A stretch of 64,000 nt of DNA from a virus, in the IMG/VR virus record IMGVR_UViG_3300028573_000014, positions 1 through 64,000 of that record; one strand, written 5' to 3'. The stretch's first letter is position 1. The number at the start of each line of letters is the position of its first letter. The notes below the pieces were generated by a model. That model had not been told where the DNA came from and did no database searches. It saw nothing but the letters and a program-made list of their open reading frames with translations. The position numbers were made by a program, and so were the translations under genes. Shown piece after piece: positions 47,954 through 57,630 of this stretch.

Positions 47954-48229
47954 TCATCCATTTTGAATTCCATGTAATATTCGTGCAAGACGTTCCCGAA
48001 ACTCATTAAAATTCTCAGGGCTGGCATCGATGCCCAGATTTTGCAGTGCAAGGTCGATGATTTTCTGCTGCCGCTCGATCTCATCGGCAGCCTCCACCAT
48101 AAACCGCGCAGTGAGAGGCAGGCGTTGATCAGCGTTTTTCTCTGCCATCAATCGCAGGTTGTTGAGCAGGATATCCTGACTCACCTGAAGGTCTTTCATG
48201 GTCTGGGCATCTGCGTTACTTATTGTCAT
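47954..48229 (-). CDS. Hypothetical protein
   Basis: EAADEIER phage motif; GAGG SD. Confidence 0.6.
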   Translation of the reverse strand: MTISNADAQTMKDLQVSQDILLNNLRLMAEKNADQRLPLTARFMVEAADEIERQQKIIDLALQNLGIDASPENFNEFRERLARILHGIQNG

Positions 48230-48578
48230 TGTTGCCTCGACAATCTACTGAGTGCGCCATCTGGTTATCCTTCACAGCGAAGATGCAGGTATCCCCTACA
48301 TTGACCAATCCGATCTGTTCAGCGTACAGGCCAACCACGGCGGGTTTGCCGTTGCTGTCGAGCACTACATAGGTCGTTGACGTGCCTGAGAAAAGAGTCG
48401 CGTAGGTGCGCACAACCTTGCCTGAAACAGAGGTGGTAGGCGGGTTGCTGATATAATTGGACAGCACAGAGAAAAAGACTAAAATAAGACCAACTATCAT
48501 CAGACCAATAAAGATCGGCAACAGCCATTTCAGCCATTCGATGGTATCAATCCATATGGTCGATCTTTGTTCATTCAT
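48216..48578 (-). CDS. Membrane-anchored protein with OB-like C-terminus
   Basis: One TM then SGKVV...VGDT. Confidence 0.55.
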   Translation of the reverse strand: MNEQRSTIWIDTIEWLKWLLPIFIGLMIVGLILVFFSVLSNYISNPPTTSVSGKVVRTYATLFSGTSTTYVVLDSNGKPAVVGLYAEQIGLVNVGDTCIFAVKDNQMAHSVDCRGNNDNK

Positions 48579-49012
48579 GATACGCGCATATCCTCATACT
48601 TCCATCTATTCCAGTTTAAGGCCAATCCTTCGCCGCACTCCATGACCAGATACTGCATAAGGTCATAGCCATTACTAAGTGCCTGCGCCAGCTCCGATAA
48701 CCGCTGATTATCTTTCTCCAGCATAATTCTCTTTTCCAGCACTTCGCAATCTGCGTGGACCCGATGCCATGTCTGACATATCTTCATATAGGGACACCAT
48801 TCGCGCAGTAGCCTCCCTGAAATCCACCATTGAACGCCAGACGGGGAGACTTTGACGTGGCACAATCTCATCTCGACCATCTCTCTCAGGTCATCGTACA
48901 GGTCATTGCTGGAAATATGATGACTGTTGATGCAGTGGGCAATCATGAGCAAACCCAGAACTTCGACCTGGCCTCTGGATGGGGACAGTTTGATAGCAGG
49001 TTCAGGGATCAT
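48575..49012 (-). CDS. Hypothetical protein
   Basis: Coupled ORF. Confidence 0.5.
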   Translation of the reverse strand: MIPEPAIKLSPSRGQVEVLGLLMIAHCINSHHISSNDLYDDLREMVEMRLCHVKVSPSGVQWWISGRLLREWCPYMKICQTWHRVHADCEVLEKRIMLEKDNQRLSELAQALSNGYDLMQYLVMECGEGLALNWNRWKYEDMRVS

Positions 49013-49027
49013 TCTGGCCTCGGCAGT

Positions 49028-49237
49028 CTAGGGATGGACGGGTAAAGGTCTGGCAATGTTACCTCCCATTGCGCTGCGGATCAGTGCTTGCACTTCATCA
49101 ATGGTCTCAGTGCAGCGAATCGAGTCGCCGCTAACGGTCTTTATCAGGGTATCTCCATCGTCACGATAAACGTACTGTATCTGTCCGACCAGAATCAACA
49201 CAGGTCCAACATCCCTTATGCCAGTAACTCTAATCAT
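49028..49237 (-). CDS. FlbD/SwrD-like small protein
   Basis: MIRVT...TLIKTVSGDSIRCTETIDEVQALI. Confidence 0.55.
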   Translation of the reverse strand: MIRVTGIRDVGPVLILVGQIQYVYRDDGDTLIKTVSGDSIRCTETIDEVQALIRSAMGGNIARPLPVHP

Positions 49238-49878
49238 CCCATCCACCTGAAGCCTTTCCGTATGAGTAGTTCTTTCATTTCCCGCTTGAAGGCCCATGCG
49301 CCCTGAAACTTCACCCGCTTGGAGAGCGTGTGGATCATTCTGGCGTGCCACAGGTCCAGATGGGATGGGTCTTCGTCATGATTGACCCACAGATCATGCC
49401 ACGCACATGTAAACGGCTGCGTGTTCTGGACAGTCCACTCCAGTGCATCGGCCTCAATAATCCTCAACCGATCAGTCTGTGGCATATAAGGCTGGACCAG
49501 CTTAAGCACATCGGGCGAGTTCTCAATAACAGTAATATGCTCGACCTTCGGATTGAGCAGCAGTCCCCTGACGACGCAGCCCAGACCCAGCCCTGTTACC
49601 AGCACATGCCCGTAGGCTTTCATGGCGAAGCCCAGATGGGTGCTGAGTTCAAAGGGTGTATCTTCCATGACCAGATCGCCAGGAGGGTTGTTGTAGAGCG
49701 TGGCATCAGTGATGCAGCGCAGATAAGTATAAGTTCCGGCGGGAAGGGTGATCATCTTCCAGTTGCGGTAGGTCGTGTGATCCTTTTTGATACGGTACTT
49801 GCTAATATGCCACAGACCGGAGTATCCGGCAGGGATAGCCTTAGCGCTCATGGCAGCCAGATAATCTTTAGCGTTCAT
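49234..49878 (-). CDS. Spermidine-synthase-like SAM-binding protein
   Basis: VLVTGLGLG, ITVIENSPDV, EADALEW, WHDLW. Confidence 0.75.
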   Translation of the reverse strand: MNAKDYLAAMSAKAIPAGYSGLWHISKYRIKKDHTTYRNWKMITLPAGTYTYLRCITDATLYNNPPGDLVMEDTPFELSTHLGFAMKAYGHVLVTGLGLGCVVRGLLLNPKVEHITVIENSPDVLKLVQPYMPQTDRLRIIEADALEWTVQNTQPFTCAWHDLWVNHDEDPSHLDLWHARMIHTLSKRVKFQGAWAFKREMKELLIRKGFRWMG

Positions 49879-50120
49879 TCTATTTCCGAATCTGCCTGCG
49901 CGGCATCCATTGCGTCCTGTCGGGTCGGGAATCTGTTTTTCCCACCAGCAACGATGAATCCCTTGTACGCATCGTACCGCACCCAGCACCATTTGCCGTC
50001 GCCGTTTTCTTGCCCAACCACGTAGGTGAGACCTTCTTTCACCTTTGCCTCCCACGAAATAACAGGCTCTCGTTTATCCTGGGGGACGTGGCTAGTTTCT
50101 CGCCATTCCAGTGTTGTCAT
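49875..50120 (-). CDS. Hypothetical protein
   Basis: Coupled ORF. Confidence 0.55.
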   Translation of the reverse strand: MTTLEWRETSHVPQDKREPVISWEAKVKEGLTYVVGQENGDGKWCWVRYDAYKGFIVAGGKNRFPTRQDAMDAAQADSEIE

Positions 50121-50364
50121 GCTCGTCCTGTCTCCTGGTCGATCTTGCGGATAATCTTACCATCATCACTGATCTCATTGACCCAGAAATCCCACGGCCC
50201 CACATTGTCCACCGTGTCCCAGCCAATATTATTGGCACGGATCAGGTCAGTGATCACACTCTCATCGTAGGGATCACGATCAATGGTCTCTGTTCCACCG
50301 TCAAAGCAGCCATCATAATCTTCACCGGTGCAATCGTGGCAGAATATAACGACTTCGTAATGCA

Positions 50365-50622
50365 TCAGTTGCTCTCCCAACTGCGATAAACGGCATCGAC
50401 AATGATCGAATCGATGGCCTGTTTTTCTTCTTCGGTTGCCCTGTCGTCACATTCCCGATGAACACGGTAGAAGTAGCTGCGGCTGTCACCTGGGACCATC
50501 AGTGACGGGGAACGCATCGGCTCACTCAACTTCTTATGGCAGAAGGGGCACTCCATATCAAAGCCAGGGTCATAGGCTGGAGTGTTGCTATCATCATCAA
50601 AGTACCCGAACATTTTGTTCAT
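50365..50622 (-). CDS. Hypothetical Zn-binding protein
   Basis: CPFC...HREC. Confidence 0.5.
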   Translation of the reverse strand: MNKMFGYFDDDSNTPAYDPGFDMECPFCHKKLSEPMRSPSLMVPGDSRSYFYRVHRECDDRATEEEKQAIDSIIVDAVYRSWESN

Positions 50623-51152
50623 CCCCAGTAACTCGATAGCCACCACTTGGGCTGCTCATTCCCGATTTCAATGTTGTAGGTCTTGCAGAACTCAATGAGC
50701 GCTGCCACTTTATCAGGACTGACTACCAATTCTGCCGGGTCGAATGCTTCTGGCGATCCCCGATAAGCCACCTTAATGCTGGTCGGTACAGCCAGAATGA
50801 TCATCGGATACTCACCGCTGCAATAGTTAATCTCTGCCACGGGGAGAGGATGAGCAGCCTCGAAGGCATTCTTTTCATTGAAGTAAGGTGCGTATTCTTC
50901 TTTTGTAGGCCGTTTCCCATGAAGATAGATGGCGTTCTCTCTATCTACGTGCGTTTTAGCCACTGCCATCCTCTGGGCGTAAATCTCGTCATCAGCATAG
51001 ATAGGATGTTCAGGCTTGAACTGGCAGATGCCATTAATCCACCAGCCATCCATATCGTTATCGTCCTCATATTCGCCGGAATTCCAGGGCAATTCAGTGC
51101 CCTCTTCCAGCATTATCCCGAAGCATATCTGACCATCGGCTGATGTTGACAT
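50619..51152 (-). CDS. Hypothetical acidic protein
   Basis: Coupled ORF. Confidence 0.6.
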   Translation of the reverse strand: MSTSADGQICFGIMLEEGTELPWNSGEYEDDNDMDGWWINGICQFKPEHPIYADDEIYAQRMAVAKTHVDRENAIYLHGKRPTKEEYAPYFNEKNAFEAAHPLPVAEINYCSGEYPMIILAVPTSIKVAYRGSPEAFDPAELVVSPDKVAALIEFCKTYNIEIGNEQPKWWLSSYWG

Positions 51153-51397
51153 TAGTACACCGCCCAGACTTCGATGGTGCTAGCTTTTCTCAGCACCTGG
51201 ATCAACTCCTCGTAAGGATTTACCGAATCGCCTTCGTTCAAGGCCGCCAGAACTTCCAATCTGGGGATATCGTCTGTGTCCAGCACTGTCGGGAAAGCAC
51301 CGAAGACCTTTTCCATTTCCGAAATGAAGGTCGATGGTCCATTCACGTCCAGACTCGTGCCTTCATCGAGCGGTTTCCATAGAATTGATGCGGTCAT
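51152..51397 (-). CDS. Hypothetical protein
   Basis: GAGG SD. Confidence 0.55.
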   Translation of the reverse strand: MTASILWKPLDEGTSLDVNGPSTFISEMEKVFGAFPTVLDTDDIPRLEVLAALNEGDSVNPYEELIQVLRKASTIEVWAVY

Positions 51398-51719
51398 GCC
51401 AGATTCCTCTCTATCTTGAGGGCGAAGATGTTTGCCCAGTTCGATGGGAGAAGGATGCCAGTTGGTTTAATGCGTTATTGGTCACTTCTTCTCCACTTCC
51501 GCCAGTATCGCCCCAGCAATCACTTCTTCGTCATCTCCATATGGATTATCAGGGGAAGAGCGTATTACCGATATGGCCTCATCACACCACGCAAGTGCAT
51601 CTCGCATCCGTGGGGCAATGTTTTTCAACGACTCCATGGCCGCTGCCATCGGATTGCTACCCTGAGCGGCATCACGCGCCATCTTGAGGATCATCAACTT
51701 TTTCAGGTTGGGACCAATC

Positions 51720-53093
51720 TTACGATCTGCCATTTTGCCAGCGCTCCAATGATGCCTGCGCAGCTTGCCGTGCTTCCTGAGCAGTAGTGCCTTCCCCGAA
51801 ATCATGATAGGCCGCAAAGACAGCCCCGCTGCGCTTCGTTGTTGTAGTCCACACCCATTTGTCGTTATATAAATTGTGACTCACCACCATCATGCAGTTG
51901 TAGTCGGGAATCGCAGTCTGGCAGGAGTAGAGGCTGCTATTATCCTTCCATTTATAGACGGAGGGTTGCCACGTCTCTGGCTTTTCGTAACCCTTATCGG
52001 TCAGCCACTCCTCGAACATCTTGCGCTGCTCAGCGTAAGCGCCCTTCGCTATCTCCACCTCGTGGCGCATGAACTCCTCGGCAGTTATTGCCATCCGCCA
52101 CTCGTCCAGCAGGCTACAAATAACATGAGCGTCACCGTCGGAACGATGGGCATACTGCTGTTCAAGAGCATCAGCACGCCATTTGGTCAGTGGCAGCCAG
52201 ACACCATCTTCCGCCGGAGCAGGGACTGCCACAATCCGTCCTTCTACCCCATCGTAGATATGGTACTTTGCGTCGGGCGTTTCGGGAGTATCTTGAAGCC
52301 ACTTGAGCCACATCAGTGCCAGATCGAGATTGTCAGTGCTATGACCTTCGACCATATTCTTGCCATTCCAGATCGAGTATCGGAGTTTCTGCACCTTGTT
52401 TGCCTCAATGATCTCCAGCAGTCCTCTTATATATTTCGCTGCCGCCCGTGCCACGCCAGCAGCCTCACGAGGCATCCAGCCCAGTTGTCTTTCATCACTC
52501 CAGACTGCCAGCGCTGTACGCGCCCCGGCAAGCGATAGCTGTTGAAGACCAGGCAAATCTGGCAGTGGCTGTCGGTCTATCAGATCGAATTGCGCCAGTC
52601 CGCCTGCCTGTCTGTCTCGGAGAAATTGCTGGGCTTCAGCCAGATCGTCGGTTTCAAAGGCATCCCACCTGAAATCGAACTTTATGCCCTGGATTAGATA
52701 CCGTTTTGAAGTAATCACCTCCACCGTACTTGCGCTCACGCTGAACTTCTTATCGGGTATATCGAGATACACCACCACAACTTGATATTCGCCCACCTGT
52801 ACAACCTGCGCCTCGGATGGGACCCGCACAACTCCACCCTGGGCATTCACTGTAGCCTTATGGACGAACACGCGCTGTCCAACTTTTATCTCCACGCCAT
52901 TGCGGTCATGCAGTGGCGCTGGTCTCTCGACATCAATCCTTATTTTCGATGCAGTGTCCAGTATCTGGTACTTCACCTGCGGATTGCGCGACTGGAGTTC
53001 CCTGACCTCCTGCACAGCGAGTTGCAGATCATCCGTGTCATAGAAGTTGACCGCACCACCATCGTTCTTTATCTGCACGACAAATCGTTTCAT
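51720..53093 (-). CDS. Multi-repeat hypothetical protein
   Basis: Three TD[DN]L..A...[YF].[IL].D repeats plus a KOW/SH3-like segment. Confidence 0.7.
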   Translation of the reverse strand: MKRFVVQIKNDGGAVNFYDTDDLQLAVQEVRELQSRNPQVKYQILDTASKIRIDVERPAPLHDRNGVEIKVGQRVFVHKATVNAQGGVVRVPSEAQVVQVGEYQVVVVYLDIPDKKFSVSASTVEVITSKRYLIQGIKFDFRWDAFETDDLAEAQQFLRDRQAGGLAQFDLIDRQPLPDLPGLQQLSLAGARTALAVWSDERQLGWMPREAAGVARAAAKYIRGLLEIIEANKVQKLRYSIWNGKNMVEGHSTDNLDLALMWLKWLQDTPETPDAKYHIYDGVEGRIVAVPAPAEDGVWLPLTKWRADALEQQYAHRSDGDAHVICSLLDEWRMAITAEEFMRHEVEIAKGAYAEQRKMFEEWLTDKGYEKPETWQPSVYKWKDNSSLYSCQTAIPDYNCMMVVSHNLYNDKWVWTTTTKRSGAVFAAYHDFGEGTTAQEARQAAQASLERWQNGRS

Positions 53094-53557
53094 TCTATGT
53101 CATCCTCATTGAACTTCTTCGCCCACGTCACTGCCAGCATCTTGGCTTCTTCGGGCGTATAGCATTTACCCCAGCCATCTTTCCGCCGGATGTTAAGATC
53201 CTTGCCATACTGTACATCCCAGTACCAGTGGGCTTCACTCGGAAAGCCTGCCATCCGATTGAGATCGTACTGGACCCGAATCTTTACCCCGTTGACCACT
53301 GCCTCGTAGCGAGGGTTGATCTTCTCGTCCACTGTCCAGTCCACATCTCTCACCATGTTGGTTCTGGCAAGGTACGTCAACTCTTCCACACCTGCGGCAT
53401 CCTCATCTATCAGAAACTGATACTTCTCACCCATCTCGGCAAGGCGGATCAAGTCCGGCAGAATATCCGCCAGCTCTTCTTCGCTCAATCCGAGAAAATT
53501 CCAGTTGACCAGCCTATTGTACAGAGACTTCGCCCGTTGGATTACATTCTCAGCCAT
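53090..53557 (-). CDS. Hypothetical protein
   Basis: Coupled ORF. Confidence 0.6.
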   Translation of the reverse strand: MAENVIQRAKSLYNRLVNWNFLGLSEEELADILPDLIRLAEMGEKYQFLIDEDAAGVEELTYLARTNMVRDVDWTVDEKINPRYEAVVNGVKIRVQYDLNRMAGFPSEAHWYWDVQYGKDLNIRRKDGWGKCYTPEEAKMLAVTWAKKFNEDDIE

Positions 53558-53566
53558 CTATTCCCC

Positions 53567-53749
53567 TTACCACATCAACAGCATCACGGCTGCCCCGCCC
53601 AACAACACCGCACAGTGAATGCCTGCCAGCCAGTAGTCATCGAACGTCAGGCTGCGCTGACTGGCTATATATCTCAATGTCCTGATCACATACACGAAGA
53701 CCATCATGGCGAATATATCTACTGCGATGATGATGGCGTGGATGATCAA
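53567..53749 (-). CDS. Small membrane protein
   Basis: Two TM segments. Confidence 0.55.
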   Translation of the reverse strand: MIIHAIIIAVDIFAMMVFVYVIRTLRYIASQRSLTFDDYWLAGIHCAVLLGGAAVMLLMW

Positions 53750-54048
53750 TCGACATCCTCATAGGTTATCTCATCATCGGATGGCGGGAGTTCTTCGTCT
53801 GGCACCGGATAACCATATTCAATCTTCCCGTCTGGCGATTGGAACTCTGGGGAGAGGATGCCAGCTTTGCGAAGATGCTCGACAGGCTGGGCAGGCAGCG
53901 CTGCGATCAGTGTCTCTATCATCCACTGCGATGCCTTACCGCTCAATGCCAGCATACCCAGATATTCGTGTAACCGCTTCTGCTCACTGTCATCGGAGGA
54001 CAGGTTGAAGCCATGTCGCCAGATGTCTACGTTCTTTTTGTGGGACAT
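53746..54048 (-). CDS. RHH/ParR-like protein
   Basis: AAAGGTG SD; preceded by GTAAC/GTTAC palindromes; paralogue of 45084..45272. Confidence 0.55.
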   Translation of the reverse strand: MSHKKNVDIWRHGFNLSSDDSEQKRLHEYLGMLALSGKASQWMIETLIAALPAQPVEHLRKAGILSPEFQSPDGKIEYGYPVPDEELPPSDDEITYEDVD

Positions 54049-54058
54049 ATGTCACCTT

Positions 54059-54100
54059 TGTGTAACCGTTACATCACTGTTGAGTAAGGGTTACTCAACC
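54059..54100. repeat. Paired palindromes TGTAAC-c-GTTACA and GTTGAGTAA-ggg-TTACTCAAC
   Basis: Read directly; related boxes at 54462-54510 and 1855-1891. Confidence 0.65.
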
Positions 54101-54119
54101 CTTGTGTGACTGTTGTGCG

Positions 54120-54404
54120 TCACGCGCCTTGCCATCTTTCGTGGGTCAGTTCGTAGAACCGATCATATACATGATCGTCATCCTCTGGGACGAAGGCAGG
54201 ATCAAGTATCTTCAGCACTACCTGCTCGACGGTCAGATCATCCTTCGTGACCAGTCCATAGTCATATCCACCGCTGTCGATGTCAGGGTAGTAGTAGAAC
54301 GTCTCGCCTACCAGATCGAGCGACTTTATGTCCAGCTTATCCAGATCGTATAGCCCGATCACCATTTGTTGGAAGTCTCGTCCAGCCTGGTTGTTGCCCA
54401 TCAA
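54120..54404 (-). CDS. Acidic hypothetical protein, first gene of the leftward unit
   Basis: GAGGT SD downstream of the leftward promoter. Confidence 0.6.
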   Translation of the reverse strand: MMGNNQAGRDFQQMVIGLYDLDKLDIKSLDLVGETFYYYPDIDSGGYDYGLVTKDDLTVEQVVLKILDPAFVPEDDDHVYDRFYELTHERWQGA

Positions 54405-54427
54405 TACCTCGTTGTTATTTACTGTCT

Positions 54428-54456
54428 ATGATATGACCTCATATATCGTCTGTCAA
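54428..54456 (-). promoter_or_regulatory. Leftward sigma70 promoter
   Basis: TTGACA-17bp-TATCAT on the minus strand. Confidence 0.75.
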
Positions 54457-54814
54457 CACTCTTGTGTAACCGTTGAGTAAGTGTTGTGCTACCGTTGTGT
54501 AACTGTCACCCAACTGTTGTGTGATGGTCTATTTGAGAGTTGTCGTTTCATTGCGGAAGTGTTGATGCTCATCAATGATCCAGTTCGATTTTTTGATCTG
54601 GCCTTAGATCAGCTAACGCGACTGGGGCATCGCGGCTCGGCTATTAGTACCCCTCCGGGGATGGTATTATTGCAATGTTTACTGATTATTTCCGATAATA
54701 ACTATTATCGCGTAAGGTCGGCAAATTATGCGATAGCTAGGCGCTGGATTGCGATTGTGAACGATGGCACAAGCGCGGTTAAGTTCATTAACGAAGCATT
54801 GCCTAAAAATTGAT

Positions 54815-55141
54815 TTAAAATTGTTTAGTTCGTTCACTAAAGAATAGTTTCATGTCTCTAAGCAAAACGTAGTATTTAGCTTGCAATCCATAGGATCGGT
54901 TAAGCATGTTGATTGCACTATCTGGAATAGGATAGATTGGTACACTATGCGAGATCATAACGTACACATGAGGATTAGGTCGACGACCATAAATCAGGCG
55001 ATAAGCCTTATTGATCGTCATAGCATCATGACAGTTTTGAGTCCACAATTTTTCTGCGAAGCATTTACCGCGCTTCGTGGTCCAGAATGCCGGGTCTATC
55101 CCTTCGCACCATAACGGTATTAAATCACTTAGTTCTATCAT
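54815..55141 (-). CDS. Hypothetical protein
   Basis: MIELSDLIPLW...; TGCTACAAT extended -10 just upstream. Confidence 0.4.
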   Translation of the reverse strand: MIELSDLIPLWCEGIDPAFWTTKRGKCFAEKLWTQNCHDAMTINKAYRLIYGRRPNPHVYVMISHSVPIYPIPDSAINMLNRSYGLQAKYYVLLRDMKLFFSERTKQF

Positions 55142-55397
55142 AGTTAAGCGATTGTAGCACGTAGCAGGCGCAAGGCGCAACGATGCATCGTAACAGTACT
55201 GAATTACAGGGCCGCAATCGATAGCGAAGCATAGCACGAAGGATTGCGCAATCGATGCAAGGCGAAGCATAGGCCAGGTCGTAGCAGGCGCGATCATAGT
55301 CCAGTGTTATCGCCTGCTCAATTTGCTGGCAAGGTAGAACAGAATAGAACATAAACCTACGCTTTGAAAATTGGTGAAAATTGGTTGTCTAAACCTA

Positions 55398-55426
55398 TTG
55401 ACAGTGTACTGCAATAAGAGTATAAT
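55398..55426 (+). promoter_or_regulatory. Consensus early promoter P1
   Basis: TTGACA-17bp-TATAAT. Confidence 0.9.
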
Positions 55427-55466
55427 TCTCTCATAAGACGCGAGCACACACGAAGGATTAAACAAC

Positions 55467-55688
55467 ATGTTTTCACTAAAAGCCACAATCGCCGAAAGAA
55501 ACAACGAAACAATAGTGATGTTTTCCGACGAAGGTGCGAAGTTTCAGGAAGATTGCTTAAACACTGTCGGGTTAGTCAAGTTCTCACCCGCTCACAAAAT
55601 GATCGGTTCACTAGTAACGGCTATCAACAATAACCAGATTTCAGTAAGCGAAGCAACCAAAAAGTTTAACGCCGCATTAAGCAACTAA
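55467..55688 (+). CDS. Early hypothetical protein
   Basis: AAGGA SD after P1. Confidence 0.7.
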   Translation: MFSLKATIAERNNETIVMFSDEGAKFQEDCLNTVGLVKFSPAHKMIGSLVTAINNNQISVSEATKKFNAALSN

Positions 55689-55718
55689 GTCAATCGACAC
55701 AATAAGGGATAAGCTACC

Positions 55719-56186
55719 ATGATCACAAATTGCCCTAAGTGCGGCGGACTCGGTCACATTGCCTGCTATGGTCACATAGCGCAAGGTGCGTGCTTTAAAT
55801 GTAATGGGACGGGCAAAATTAATGCACCGGTGGCACGCAAGGATCGCAAGGTGCAATCCCCTGAGCGCAAAGCAGAATTAGCGGCATTAAAAGCAGATAA
55901 GCTAATTATTGGTACAGTCGATGACGCGATCAAACGTGCCATTGATGCTATTGCAGATAAGCCATCGTATAAGGCAGAAATAAGCTTGCTTATCAATTGC
56001 TTCGTGCGTGAGGTAAGCATAGCAGGCTTGACACTCTACCAGGCAAGGATCGCAGATGAGAAGTTAAGCAAGGCGATCTACCGCTTGCCATCTAGCAGCG
56101 ATCTATCCTGGTTGACTATCAACAAGCCTTACACGCTTAACGATGGCATTATAAAGCAGGCAATCCATAATCACATAGGACGGTAA
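55719..56186 (+). CDS. Early protein with DnaJ-type Zn finger
   Basis: CPKCGGLG...CFKCNGTG. Confidence 0.75.
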   Translation: MITNCPKCGGLGHIACYGHIAQGACFKCNGTGKINAPVARKDRKVQSPERKAELAALKADKLIIGTVDDAIKRAIDAIADKPSYKAEISLLINCFVREVSIAGLTLYQARIADEKLSKAIYRLPSSSDLSWLTINKPYTLNDGIIKQAIHNHIGR

Positions 56187-56189
56187 AAA

Positions 56190-56384
56190 ATGATCGAACG
56201 AATAAGCATTGTACGCAAACTCATAGAACTAAACCAGAAACAACTTGAACACGATCAATTGATTCTAGAGTCCTCGTCTTACAATAGCGCTCAATGGTTA
56301 GTTTATCGGCAAGCGGTAGAGTCAGATAAACGGACAATTGAGCGTTATGAGAACGAATTAAAACAATTGGAGAATCAATCATGA
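56190..56384 (+). CDS. Small coiled-coil protein
   Basis: Operon position. Confidence 0.6.
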   Translation: MIERISIVRKLIELNQKQLEHDQLILESSSYNSAQWLVYRQAVESDKRTIERYENELKQLENQS

Positions 56385-56605
56385 TCGCATTAACCATAGT
56401 CTCACTTCGCACCGGTGATCTTGTATTGCAAGACACGTTTAACGATAGCTTCGTGTGGGAAATTATCGCCACATACACAGAATGCACCGATCTTCCCTAC
56501 GATTGTACTAGCTTCGTAGCAGGCGCGTTTTATGTGGCCCTGGATGATATCGATAACTGAGAATTTTCGTTATGTGTCTGTTATGCTAATTCAGTAAATT
56601 GGTTA

Positions 56606-56634
56606 TTGACAGTACACTGCAAAAAGCATATAAT
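56606..56634 (+). promoter_or_regulatory. Consensus early promoter P2
   Basis: TTGACA-17bp-TATAAT. Confidence 0.9.
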
Positions 56635-56672
56635 GGTATTCATAGACACGCGAGCACATGAGGGTAACGAAA

Positions 56673-56912
56673 ATGAACGGGTTTAACTTCACTTCACAGA
56701 ATTGGCAAGTCGACGAACACGAAGTAACGCCTACATTCGATAATGATGTTTTTAGCGCCATCGCCGCCGGCCAGGCTTGTGCAATTGCCCGTAAAGATAA
56801 GAGCGGTATTGAGTTTTTCAAGAGCATTGCAAAGAAAGGCAACATCGCATCGTTAACCAGCAAGGAGCAATCCCTAATCCGTATCTGGTATATGCGCTCA
56901 TTGGAGAGCTAA
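56673..56912 (+). CDS. Early hypothetical protein
   Basis: GAGGG SD then ATG 56673. Confidence 0.65.
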   Translation: MNGFNFTSQNWQVDEHEVTPTFDNDVFSAIAAGQACAIARKDKSGIEFFKSIAKKGNIASLTSKEQSLIRIWYMRSLES

Positions 56913-56918
56913 GTCAAC

Positions 56919-57137
56919 ATGAACACGGTAAACGATAAGCGCCTGCTCTTAATCTCAGTACTGGAAGATCGCCGCACCAATGCCATTATGCGGGGAAACT
57001 TCAAAACCGCGAAAAACTTAACACGTTGGATCTGCTTCTTGCGTGGTCCTGCTACCAGATACGATATCGCGGCCCTGTATACAGAATATCGATGCAATCA
57101 TGAAACTATCGCGCCTGCTCAGTTAACTCTATTTTAA
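56919..57137 (+). CDS. Early hypothetical protein ending in QLTLF
   Basis: GGAG SD; C-terminal clamp-binding-like pentapeptide. Confidence 0.6.
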   Translation: MNTVNDKRLLLISVLEDRRTNAIMRGNFKTAKNLTRWICFLRGPATRYDIAALYTEYRCNHETIAPAQLTLF

Positions 57138-57256
57138 AAGGGGTGATCACCATGAAACAAGCGAAGCATATGAAACGCGCCACGCGTAACAATCGGCAAT
57201 TTGTCAAGGCTTATCTCAAGTCTAAGACTCGCAAGTTCTAAAAGGATATACCAATC

Positions 57257-57556
57257 ATGATCAAGTCAATGTTTTCTATCGATGATGAACCGGGCGTTAT
57301 CTATCCTGGTTATACAGATGAACTAACCGCTTACATGGGGTTTGAGGATCCTTCGTTTGAACTTGCGATAGTACTGGAAATTTTAAAGGATCGGAGCGTC
57401 GAATATACATTCGATAACGATACTTTCAGCATACCAGAATTCGCGGATTTTACGCCAGAAAACGTATACAGCGGATTCGATATCGCCATCGATGGCGAAG
57501 TGAAGCACGTGTATAACGTGGGACAATGGTTGTTTATCTGGAATAGGGCGGTTTAG
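57257..57556 (+). CDS. Small acidic early protein
   Basis: AAGGA SD; Asp/Glu-rich. Confidence 0.7.
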   Translation: MIKSMFSIDDEPGVIYPGYTDELTAYMGFEDPSFELAIVLEILKDRSVEYTFDNDTFSIPEFADFTPENVYSGFDIAIDGEVKHVYNVGQWLFIWNRAV

Positions 57557-57565
57557 TAACACATA

Positions 57566-57593
57566 GCGCCTGCTAATTGGAGTTAGCAGGCGC
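57566..57593 (+). terminator. 11-bp hairpin built from two AGCAGGCGC copies
   Basis: GCGCCTGCTAA-ttggag-TTAGCAGGCGC right after a stop codon; no U-tract. Confidence 0.55.
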
Positions 57594-57630
57594 AATTGTG
57601 AGACTAAGCATATTACAGGGGATATCATCG

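Noticed and set aside
54481-54813. 110-aa plus-strand ORF in the divergence region
   Set aside because: Weak start, no SD, and it spans the repeats and the composition break
55140-55330. Mini CRISPR array
   Set aside because: Repeats are 8-11 bp, irregularly spaced and of several types; no cas genes
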